Below the pieces are notes generated by a model. It saw only the letters and a list, made by a program, of their open reading frames with translations, ran no database searches and was not told the DNA's origin. Positions 8,222-15,654 of a stretch of 32,000 nt of DNA are shown here, piece after piece. Position 1 is the first letter of the stretch, and each line of letters opens with the position of its first letter. The DNA is from Synechococcus elongatus PCC 6301 (GTDB lineage: Bacteria; Cyanobacteriota; Cyanobacteriia; Synechococcales; Synechococcaceae), in the NCBI RefSeq assembly GCF_000010065.1, contig NC_006576.1, positions 90,001 through 122,000 of the forward strand, given 5' to 3'. A program made the position numbers and the translations under genes.

Positions 8222-8941
8222 ATGAAGTCAGCCAAAACGTCTCGTTTTAATCAACCATTCCTGCTGCGAATTCTGCATGGTGTCACTGGCGTGTCGCTAA
8301 TCGCAGCTATTCTTACGGCTTACTGGACCTACGATACCTACGATGGGCGCTGGGGTCGCATCCCACTCCCTCAATTTCCTGAAATTGAGGGAATTCATGG
8401 CACGTTTGGGCTATGGACGCTGCTGATTTTCCCTGTATTTCTTATCTATGCAGTTCATCGTGGACAAAAGCGATTAGTTCAGGCTAACTCTTTGCAACAG
8501 TTAGCTCACATTGGTCATCCAAGCTGGTGGTACACCCTCAATCGTTGGATTAATACTGTCACTTTAGCTCTGCTAACCTTTGCCCTGTTTAGCGGCAAGA
8601 TGATGGATGAGAAATGGTTGCCTAATGGTGAACTGCAGCATAGTTGGTATCTCGCTCATCTGCTGTCTTGGCTGCTGATGGTGGGTGCGATCGCCCTTCA
8701 TTTAGTTGTCAACTTCAAAGTTGGTGGTGCTCTTTTCCTCCTATCAATGTGGCGCTGGCGCCATCACCGCTCCGAAAGTCCCTACTTCTGGCCCAGTTCC
8801 ATCGCTCAGGGTTGGGCAGCTATTCAGCAAGGGACTTGGATCTGCTGGTTTCAGCCCCTCTCGGGTTTGATGATGATGGAACTCAGCATCCTCATCAGTC
8901 TCGCGGTCGCCTGGATTTTGCCCTATTTCAAAGCTGACTAG
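8222..8941 (+). CDS. Membrane protein, possible di-haem cytochrome b (b561 / PF01292-like)
   Basis: 239-aa ORF with 4-5 predicted TM helices. Conserved-looking His residues sit inside helices (RILHGV, IHGTFG, YLAHLLSW, IALHLVV), as in bacterial b-type cytochromes. The gene is A+T-richer than its surroundings and has only one HIP1 site. Confidence 0.5.
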   Translation: MKSAKTSRFNQPFLLRILHGVTGVSLIAAILTAYWTYDTYDGRWGRIPLPQFPEIEGIHGTFGLWTLLIFPVFLIYAVHRGQKRLVQANSLQQLAHIGHPSWWYTLNRWINTVTLALLTFALFSGKMMDEKWLPNGELQHSWYLAHLLSWLLMVGAIALHLVVNFKVGGALFLLSMWRWRHHRSESPYFWPSSIAQGWAAIQQGTWICWFQPLSGLMMMELSILISLAVAWILPYFKAD

Positions 8942-8943
8942 CC

Positions 8944-8963
8944 GTTGCCTCGGCAACCCATTT
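8944..8963 (+). terminator. Weak candidate intrinsic terminator after the 8222..8941 gene
   Basis: GTTGC-ctcg-GCAAC short hairpin (8944-8957) followed by the T-rich stretch ccATTTGGTTGTT. The stem is short. Confidence 0.25.
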
Positions 8964-9040
8964 GGTTGTTCGCGTGGAATTGATTCTCGGGCAGGGCTGT
9001 TGCTCTTTTAATCAGAGGGACTCTTCCCCCAAGGTCTCTG

Positions 9041-9682
9041 ATGCGCTACCGTCAGCAGTCCCTGATTGATCCCCAAGAAATCGGCTATCGTCGCTTCTGC
9101 CGTAACCACAAGCTCTTGAACCAAAAGATCGGTACGCCAGCCGCAACGGATCCCACTGTGGTGCTTGCCGCAGAAGTTGAGCTTGCGGTTCGCTATTGCT
9201 TAGCAACGCACTTCGGGTCTCTGTCGCCTCATCGAGTTCTCAGCTACGAGCGACGGAATGCGCTCGGCTATCAGCGTTGCTATCGGGAATTAGATGCCGT
9301 TGTGGGCGATCGCTGCCATCCCCAGTTTTTCGTAGAGATCAAGTCTGTCACCCAACGGGGACGTGGCATCAAAGCTGGACTGCCCCAGTTGCAACGAAGT
9401 TTGGTGATCGCGCAAGAACGGTGGCGATCGCTGCAGGGGATTCTGATCGAGGTTGCTTGGATGACAGAGCTGTCCGAGCAAGAATCCACACCGCTATTGG
9501 CTACTGACCTATTCGAAGACTTGGCCAGCTGTCAAAAAGACGAGAGCGATGAGAGGATCACTCCTATCTATTGGTCTGGCCAACAGTTAGCAGCAGGGTT
9601 AGCTGAGTTAGGGATGCCTCTCAATCCCGATATTTTGGGGTGGGCAAACGCCACTTGGTCTTCCCAGAATTTAGCGGGTTGA
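9041..9682 (+). CDS. Hypothetical protein with a PD-(D/E)xK nuclease-like motif
   Basis: 213-aa ORF. The motif string AEVELAV ... RELDAVVGDRCHPQFFVEIKS fits the E / hhD / (D/E)xK arrangement of restriction-endonuclease-fold proteins. Confidence 0.5.
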   Translation: MRYRQQSLIDPQEIGYRRFCRNHKLLNQKIGTPAATDPTVVLAAEVELAVRYCLATHFGSLSPHRVLSYERRNALGYQRCYRELDAVVGDRCHPQFFVEIKSVTQRGRGIKAGLPQLQRSLVIAQERWRSLQGILIEVAWMTELSEQESTPLLATDLFEDLASCQKDESDERITPIYWSGQQLAAGLAELGMPLNPDILGWANATWSSQNLAG

Positions 9683-9902
9683 ACCCCATGACCGCCTCCA
9701 ATCTTGAAAACTGCCAGAGCAATGGCATCCTGAGTCAGGTGCGATCGCTCAATCGCCCTGGAATCGAGTTGAGGCCACTCTTGGGCGGCGGCTCAGTTTC
9801 AGATCTGGGAATGTAAACAAGCGTAAGTATTTTGGCTTAGTGATTGACTCAAAATGGGCTGTCTCAGCAGGATGGAGCCAGTTTTGTAAGCTTCCACACT
9901 GC

Positions 9903-10238
9903 ATGAAACGAATTTTGGGTACGGCGATCGCGGCGCTGGTTGTGCTGTTGGCCTTCATCGCTCCTGCTCAAGCAGCGGATCTTGCCCATGGTGGCCAAGT
10001 CTTTTCTGCAAACTGTGCTGCCTGCCACCTGGGCGGACGCAATGTTGTCAACCCCGCCAAGACCTTGCAGAAGGCAGATCTTGACCAGTACGGCATGGCC
10101 TCGATTGAAGCCATCACCACCCAAGTCACGAATGGTAAGGGGGCAATGCCTGCTTTTGGCAGCAAGCTAAGCGCTGACGACATCGCTGACGTGGCAAGCT
10201 ACGTCCTTGACCAGTCTGAGAAAGGCTGGCAGGGCTAA
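9903..10238 (+). CDS. petJ: Cytochrome c6 (cytochrome c553) precursor
   Basis: From the internal ATG at 9903 the translation is [24 protein letters not shown] (signal peptide) followed by [18 protein letters not shown] (CxxCH haem site) and KGAMPAF (Met ligand region). The 111-aa precursor matches the classic c6 architecture. The 21 upstream codons of the track ORF are not needed. Confidence 0.95.
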
Positions 10239-11138
10239 ATGGCCGTTTGGCTGAAGCTCAGTCTGATTGTGCTCTGTGGTTGTCTCAGCTGCTGGGTAGG
10301 TTCGGTCTGGGCTCAGCCGCCCCTCCCGGGGTTTGCGGCCCTCAGTGCGGGGCAATATCCCCTAGCGGATCGGCAACTGTCGCAGGCGATCGCCCATGGG
10401 AAAGCAACGGCTGCTTTGTATGGCAACCGCTGTTGGGTGCGGCTCTCGCTAGAGCGATACGAGGAGGCGATCAAAGATTGCAGCGTCGCGTTGGATTTGC
10501 AGCCCCATGAGCCAGAAACTTGGTTGAATCGCGGCCTTGCTTACTACCGCCAAGGGCAATCTCAAGCTGCGATCGCTGACTTCGACCAGTTGCTCCAGCA
10601 GTCTCCCACTGACTATCGTGCTTACTACAATCGCGGGCTGGCCTACCTCGACCTCGCTCAGCCCGAGCAAGCGATCGCCGATTTTCAACAGGCCCTCGAA
10701 CGGCTGCCAGCGACTGAGATCGGCGCTGCTGTCGATCTACACACCGATCGCTGCATGGGTGAGTTACACCGCGCCCAGCCGGGCCCAGCGGTTAGTGCCT
10801 GCAGCCAAGCCCTAGAACTCCAGCCCAGCGCCGCGCGGGCTCGATATTTGCGGGCCTTGGCTTACTGGCAATTGCATCAGCCGCAAGCCGCGATCGCTGA
10901 TTTACGACAAGCCTGTGATGCCTTTGCACAAGCTGGAGCAACGGTCCAACTCGATCGAGCCCGTCAGCTTCTGCAACACTGGCAGCAACAGTCCAGCCTC
11001 GTCGCCCAGGCTCCTCGCCTACAATCCAAGAACTGGCCTGGAGCTGTAACCTATGCAATGGATTTGGCGAACTGCCACGATCGCAGTCCTCTTAACGAGT
11101 TGGAGTTCTGCTGCGATCGCGCATTCCAACAATGCTGA
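10239..11138 (+). CDS. Exported TPR-repeat protein
   Basis: 299-aa ORF whose ATG directly abuts the petJ stop (TAAATG). It has a signal-like N-terminus (MAVWLKLSLIVLCGCLSCWVGSVWA) and several TPR-like units (WLNRGLAYYRQGQSQAAIADFDQLL, YYNRGLAYLDLAQPEQAIADFQQAL, YLRALAYWQLHQPQAAIADL). Confidence 0.8.
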   Translation: MAVWLKLSLIVLCGCLSCWVGSVWAQPPLPGFAALSAGQYPLADRQLSQAIAHGKATAALYGNRCWVRLSLERYEEAIKDCSVALDLQPHEPETWLNRGLAYYRQGQSQAAIADFDQLLQQSPTDYRAYYNRGLAYLDLAQPEQAIADFQQALERLPATEIGAAVDLHTDRCMGELHRAQPGPAVSACSQALELQPSAARARYLRALAYWQLHQPQAAIADLRQACDAFAQAGATVQLDRARQLLQHWQQQSSLVAQAPRLQSKNWPGAVTYAMDLANCHDRSPLNELEFCCDRAFQQC

Positions 11139-11232
11139 TGTCAATCAGTGTCATCACGATCGTCGCACCGGCGAATATCACTGCCACTAGGCCTGACAAT
11201 AGAGTCGTTTTGATCTTTGCTGATTAGCTTCA

Positions 11233-11742
11233 ATGATGCTTCCGACCCTGAGCACCCTGAAAACAGCGGTGCTCCTGCTTCCTTTGGCAATTCCAACGGC
11301 TGCTCTTGCCCTACCTCAAACCGCTGTTTGGCGACTGGCTGATGCTCAAAATCATCAGCACCAGAATCATCAACATCAAAGCGGGGCTGGCCATTCCCAT
11401 GGCAGCTTGGCGGTGCCAACAGGCACTCCACAACCGACTGTCAATTTAGTGGTTGAACGCGACCGCAAAAGTGGTTGGAATCTCCGGCTAACTACCACTA
11501 ACTTCCAGTTTGCCCCCGAGGAACTTGACAAAACAAATCGAGTTGATTCCGGGCATGCCCATTTGTTCCTTAATGGGAAAAAGATTGCGAGACTTTACGG
11601 ACCTTGGTATCACTTGGCTTCGCTCCCAGCCGGGAAGCAGACTCTCATGGTGGAATTGACCAGCAATCAACACAATGTAATTACGGTTAATGGTCAACCT
11701 GTCATTGCCAAAGTGACTGTAGACGTTCCAGCGATGAAGTAA
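11233..11742 (+). CDS. Exported His-rich protein, putative periplasmic metal-binding protein (DUF4399-like beta domain)
   Basis: 169-aa ORF. It has a signal peptide (MMLPTLSTLKTAVLLLPLAIPTAALA) followed by HQHQNHQHQSGAGHSHG. The downstream motifs SGHAHLFLNG and LPAGKQTLMVELTSNQH resemble the GHHHL / PGxHTL pattern I recall for DUF4399. Confidence 0.6.
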   Translation: MMLPTLSTLKTAVLLLPLAIPTAALALPQTAVWRLADAQNHQHQNHQHQSGAGHSHGSLAVPTGTPQPTVNLVVERDRKSGWNLRLTTTNFQFAPEELDKTNRVDSGHAHLFLNGKKIARLYGPWYHLASLPAGKQTLMVELTSNQHNVITVNGQPVIAKVTVDVPAMK

Positions 11743-12246
11743 TTTTCATACTGAGCTACTACGGTAGCCTCTGCCTCTCTTCCAGCAAATGGGGAGAGGC
11801 CTTGACAACTAACAGTGTTCAATCGACAGATTTTCAGACCTTGAACGATCGGATCGTAATCCTACCTGAGCGATCGTAAAATCTGTCACGGCAAAGGATA
11901 TAAATACACTTGAGTTAAAGGTTTAATTCTCAGTCGCTACAGTTGTTTTTTGATTGACTGAATGAAGGTCAAGGAATCAGTTTTAGCGATAGCTTTTCAG
12001 TATTAATAATAGTAACCTTCATGCATCGGCCGTAGCTGAAAATGCAAAATAATACTTTGACTATCGTAGGCCAATATCGAGTGACTTATTGCCTGCTCTT
12101 AGTCAATGGAATAAATAAAATGCCCATCAAGCTGTCAGTGCTGGCTCGAAGCGATCTGAATCTTGTCCTAGTAGGCTAGCAAGATAATCTCGATGAGAAA
12201 AGCGATCGCCCTTAAACCAGATTTTTTGACTTTCTTGATCAATCTA

Positions 12247-12274
12247 TTGTCCAAAAAGACCTAGGTGCGATAAT
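12247..12274 (+). promoter_or_regulatory. Candidate sigma70-type promoter for the 12309 gene
   Basis: TTGTCC (12247-12252), 16-nt spacer, GATAAT (12269-12274), about 35 nt upstream of the TTG start at 12309. This is a sequence match only. Confidence 0.25.
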
Positions 12275-12308
12275 TATAAAAACTATAATTCACTCTAGGG
12301 ATAGAAGC

Positions 12309-13061
12309 TTGGCTTTGCACTCTCGTCGTTGGCTATTGATGGTGCTCACAAGCTGCTTCGCGACTAGCCTGTTCGCTAGACCTGCAATCGCTGCTGATGG
12401 CTGGTGGATCGATCAGTATGCGGTCATTCTCTTTACTGCCACGGGACGGCTCGATGCAGAACTGAAAGAAATGCGCATCGAAGGAGCCGATACGCTGCTC
12501 GTCCATGCGGATAGCCTGCCCCCACTGCTGCTACGTTGGGTTGCTTGGCGTGCCTCTCTACAGAATATGAAGTCAGTCGCCTGGGTTCAGCGTCCCACTC
12601 TCCAGCGACTCAAACATGCTAGCTCTCTCAATGGCTATGCTGCGTTGCAAGTGGATGATCACTTTTTTGCTGATCCCATTGTGAGCTTCAGTCAGCTGCG
12701 CCAAATGATTGGCAAGAAGCAGCTTTGGTGCTCTTTTCAACCGAATCAATTTTCGGAGTTTCTAGCGCGGAATTGTGATCATGTGGATGTACAAATCTAC
12801 CGAATGAGTTGCCCTGCCACAATCGATTTAGCCGATAGATTGGGGTTGCTAGGTCGTCCTCAATCTGCGATCGCGGTCTATCATGATGGCACCTCTCAAG
12901 CCGATCGCGATCTCCAATGCTTCCGTCAAGCAGGTCGCGATGTTCGTAATTCAATCTTTGTTTTCAAATGGAAGAATCCAGGATCTGTCTTGTCGCGATT
13001 TTTGAAGCATCCATTAGTAGCACGACTGGAACGGATATATATTCAGCTATTTAAGGACTAG
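12309..13061 (+). CDS. Exported hypothetical protein, weak resemblance to glycoside-hydrolase-like GHL10/DUF187 domains
   Basis: 250-aa ORF with a TTG start and a signal peptide (LLMVLTSCFATSLFARPAIAADG). The motif ALQVDDHFFADP recalls the hxxDDxF(x)P active-site strand of GHL10 TIM barrels, but the protein is short for that family. The gene is A+T-rich with few HIP1 sites. Confidence 0.5.
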   Translation: MALHSRRWLLMVLTSCFATSLFARPAIAADGWWIDQYAVILFTATGRLDAELKEMRIEGADTLLVHADSLPPLLLRWVAWRASLQNMKSVAWVQRPTLQRLKHASSLNGYAALQVDDHFFADPIVSFSQLRQMIGKKQLWCSFQPNQFSEFLARNCDHVDVQIYRMSCPATIDLADRLGLLGRPQSAIAVYHDGTSQADRDLQCFRQAGRDVRNSIFVFKWKNPGSVLSRFLKHPLVARLERIYIQLFKD

Positions 13062-13082
13062 CGCTGAACTATAATCGAGCGA

Positions 13083-13622
13083 TCAAATTTTATTGTCATC
13101 ACTAAATTCTTGTGCAATTTCCCTCAAAAATTGGTTGATTTGTTGAGGCGATCGCAAATGGTAGACTTTGCGGTTTGTTCGAGCTGTCTCAATATACTCT
13201 CGATATTGAGGTGTTAATCGCTGGTGGCAAAGCCAAAGAACGCGGTAGCTACTCATTGAGCTTTTAAATAAAGGACTGTCCTCAGGCCAGCCTTTTGGCG
13301 CTTGAAAGTAGCCCCCTATCCAACGCTTTGTTACCCACCAAAAATGTCGCCAGAGTGGTAGGTCAATGTACACGAGTGTATCAGCTTGGTCGAGACGAGG
13401 CCAGAGTGTATCTAGTGATCCAAAACCATCAATAATCCAGCAATCTGTCTCTAAAATTTCCTGATGCACCTGTTGGTAGGCCGCTAAGGGAAGTTCAACA
13501 CCCCCTGGCTGATACTTAATCTTGTCCAAGGTGTGGAGAGGTAAGCCAGTGATTGCCGCCAAACGCCGACTAAGCGCTGATTTTCCGCCGCCAGCATTGC
13601 CAAAAATCGCAACTCTGTTCAC
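13083..13622 (-). CDS. P-loop NTPase, adenylate-kinase-like / topology-modulation (FlaR-like) family
   Basis: 179-aa ORF with a GTG start. Walker A is GNAGGGKS at the N-terminus. The small size and WIIDG (Walker B-like hhhhDG) are typical of AAA/adenylate-kinase-related small kinases. The gene is A+T-richer than the genome background. Confidence 0.75.
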   Translation of the reverse strand: MNRVAIFGNAGGGKSALSRRLAAITGLPLHTLDKIKYQPGGVELPLAAYQQVHQEILETDCWIIDGFGSLDTLWPRLDQADTLVYIDLPLWRHFWWVTKRWIGGYFQAPKGWPEDSPLFKSSMSSYRVLWLCHQRLTPQYREYIETARTNRKVYHLRSPQQINQFLREIAQEFSDDNKI

Positions 13623-13737
13623 CTTGACAACCTAATCAGCCGTTCCTATCCCATTTAACAATAGGTAATAGTAATGTCTTCACGAAACTGTCTGAGTCTT
13701 GCAGTCAGCGATCGCCACAACAATAGCTGAAGTCGCA

Positions 13738-13772
13738 CCGTCCAGACTAGCAAAAGGCGATCTTCTGGACGG
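13738..13772 (-). terminator. Candidate stem-loop terminator downstream of the porin gene
   Basis: 9-bp perfect inverted repeat CCGTCCAGA (13738-13746) / TCTGGACGG (13764-13772) with a 17-nt loop, located 21-55 nt past the porin stop codon on the reverse strand. There is no clean U-tract. Confidence 0.35.
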
Positions 13773-13792
13773 CTGCAGATCAGCTCAATGAA

Positions 13793-15427
13793 CTAGAACA
13801 AGAACTCGGTCTTGAGTACTGGCACCCAATAGTCGCCATTCGCAAGGTTCCCAAGGGTGAGTCCGCCCCCTGCATTCGTGACAGCATAGAGGGCAGGCGT
13901 GATGGCGATATTGTCAGTCAGTTGCAGCTTGTAATAGACCTCAAAGGCAAATGGCCCACTATCGGCAAAAGCTGCACCTCGGCTATCACTGGTGACGTAG
14001 GGAATTTGACCGATTGCCAAGCCCAATTCATTGCCATCCGCAAATAGGTTCGGGAAGGTCAAGCCGATATTCCATGACTGAACCGTCGAGCTCCCTGCTG
14101 AACCACTGAGAAAGCTGATGCCATAGGAACCACTGATCGTAAAGTTCTCACTGACTGCCCACCCTAGGCTCAAACCGATGTTGTTGCTACTGATCAGATC
14201 CGTTGGTGAATTGGAGGGTCCAATCAGCGATCGCACTGTGCCATAGGAGACCCCGCCAAACTGAGCCGGTAAGCCGACGCCATCAGGATTGACAGGATCA
14301 AAGGCTGGTCCTTTGCGATAGGCATAGGCCAAGGCCCCGATGAAGGTACCATCATCATTTTTGAAGGCCAGTTGCGCCGTGGTTTGTGAGTCGGCTCCAA
14401 AGACCCCAGCCGTTGGATCGGCCTCTAAGTTCTGGCCAGAAGTCGGCCCCTGTTGGTTGATGTAGGCCAACCCAAGATTGAAGTTGGGATTGATTTGCCA
14501 ATTGAAGCCAGCCCCAGCAGAGTTTGAGGTGTCGGCATCGTTGTAGATACCCGGCACTGGATTGTTGAAGAAGTAAGACAATTCGGGGGCGTAGAAGGAG
14601 CCGTTGGTGGAGAACACATCATCGACTTGCACGTTGGAGGTGCCAACCGTGAAGTTCACAGAGCCAACCGGAAACTGATAAATCAGGGTGTTGAGCGTGA
14701 AGTTGGGGTCTGCTCCTGTTGCCGCATTGTCGTAGGCCAAGGCTGCCCCGGGACTCGGGATGCCTGCGCCCGCAGCAAACCCATTCAGATCACGCAGGCC
14801 AGGTGAGGTAATGCTGTTGGTTTCGAGGCGGGTTTTGAGCAGGTCTTTACCAGTGAAGCTGGTGTTGAAATCTAGACCAACCCGCTGTGAGAAAGAGGTG
14901 CCGGTATCCAAGCCACTGGGACCAAAGGCGCGATCGAGGCTGAACAGTACGTCGCCTTGCAGTTTGGTCGTGGTTGAAAACTGAGTGGCTTCGAGTTCCG
15001 TGACCCGTGCTTCGAGTCCATCGACGCGGCCGCGCAGGGTTGCTAGCTCAGACTGAAACTCTTCTGTCAGCTTTTTGAGGGTGTCGAGGTCTTCTTTGGA
15101 GGCGGCAAATTCAATCACTTTGTCGAGACAGGCGTTCAAACCCGCTGCAAATTCATAGCGAGTCAGAGCGCGGCTCCCGCGATAGGTGCGATCGGGATAA
15201 CCAACGATGCAGCCGTAGCGTTCAACCAAGGACTGCAGTGCTTGATAGGCCCAATCAGTCGGGCGAACGTCACTCAGTTGGGTGATTGAAGTGACTTGGG
15301 CTGCGGGTAAATCTTCATTGGCGATCGCATTCACCTGTCGGATTGTGCTGGCGTCAAAGGCGATCGTGGCTGGTGCTAGCCCCAACCAAAGTCCTGTTCC
15401 CATCCAAAGGGCTGCAGGTACGTGCAT
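13793..15427 (-). CDS. Outer-membrane porin with an N-terminal SLH domain and an OprB-type beta-barrel (Som family, iron-uptake-associated porin)
   Basis: SLH motif SDVRPTDWAYQALQSLVERYGCIVGYPDRTYRGSRALTRYEFAAGLNACL, then a coiled-coil linker (LATLRGRVDGLEARVTELEA), then a Gly/aromatic-rich barrel ending in ...LKTEFLF, a terminal Phe typical of OMPs. I prefer the ATG at 15427-15425 because GAGGAG lies 5 nt upstream. The track ORF starts 2 codons earlier, at GTG 15433. Confidence 0.9.
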   Translation of the reverse strand: MHVPAALWMGTGLWLGLAPATIAFDASTIRQVNAIANEDLPAAQVTSITQLSDVRPTDWAYQALQSLVERYGCIVGYPDRTYRGSRALTRYEFAAGLNACLDKVIEFAASKEDLDTLKKLTEEFQSELATLRGRVDGLEARVTELEATQFSTTTKLQGDVLFSLDRAFGPSGLDTGTSFSQRVGLDFNTSFTGKDLLKTRLETNSITSPGLRDLNGFAAGAGIPSPGAALAYDNAATGADPNFTLNTLIYQFPVGSVNFTVGTSNVQVDDVFSTNGSFYAPELSYFFNNPVPGIYNDADTSNSAGAGFNWQINPNFNLGLAYINQQGPTSGQNLEADPTAGVFGADSQTTAQLAFKNDDGTFIGALAYAYRKGPAFDPVNPDGVGLPAQFGGVSYGTVRSLIGPSNSPTDLISSNNIGLSLGWAVSENFTISGSYGISFLSGSAGSSTVQSWNIGLTFPNLFADGNELGLAIGQIPYVTSDSRGAAFADSGPFAFEVYYKLQLTDNIAITPALYAVTNAGGGLTLGNLANGDYWVPVLKTEFLF

Positions 15428-15446
15428 ACTCACTCCTCTTTCTAAA

Positions 15447-15465
15447 AATAATTATTATTCTCATT
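15447..15465. promoter_or_regulatory. Fur-box-like A/T hexamer array in the porin/irpA divergent intergenic region
   Basis: AATAATTATTATTCTCATT matches 12 of 19 positions of the GATAATGATAATCATTATC consensus and reads as three NAT(A/T)AT-like hexamers. It lies 20-38 nt upstream of the porin ATG. The flanking genes belong to a locus known to be iron-regulated. Confidence 0.35.
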
Positions 15466-15474
15466 TTTAAGAGT

Positions 15475-15484
15475 GTCAATTGAC
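15475..15484. promoter_or_regulatory. Perfect 10-bp palindrome GTCAATTGAC in the same divergent intergenic region (possible operator)
   Basis: GTCAATTGAC is its own reverse complement. It lies 10 nt from the Fur-like box, between the divergently transcribed porin and irpA genes. Confidence 0.2.
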
Positions 15485-15654
15485 TACTTTTCTTCCGTAA
15501 CTCATGGCCTAGCTCTGTTTCTGACGTTGCTATGGCCAAGCTTGCGAGACACCGATTCACCAGGGAAGTAGTGGAGCCTACGTGGAGTGTGATGCCACAC
15601 TTCCTTGCCCGCGAGTGATCGCTTTAGTGAGAGGTTGTTCGGTCGTAGTGGCTG

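Noticed and set aside
9688-9816. 42-codon ORF ([13 protein letters not shown]...) between the PD-(D/E)xK gene and petJ, and the overlapping reverse ORF 9749..9958
   Set aside because: There is no ribosome-binding site, motif or compositional support. The region is more likely the petJ promoter/leader, and the reverse ORF overlaps the petJ signal-peptide coding region.
12042-12179. 45-codon ORF (MQNNTLTIVGQYRVTYC...) and other ORFs under 25 codons in the A+T-rich spacer
   Set aside because: It is short and has no recognisable features. A+T-rich DNA rarely keeps a frame open, so the ORF is mildly suggestive, but that is not enough to call a gene. It is mentioned under the islet finding only.
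15568-15581. GTA-N8-TAC (NtcA-like) motif upstream of irpA
   Set aside because: This 6-specified-base palindrome is expected several times by chance in 32 kb. No properly spaced -10 box (TAN3T) follows it, and nothing else links the locus to nitrogen control.
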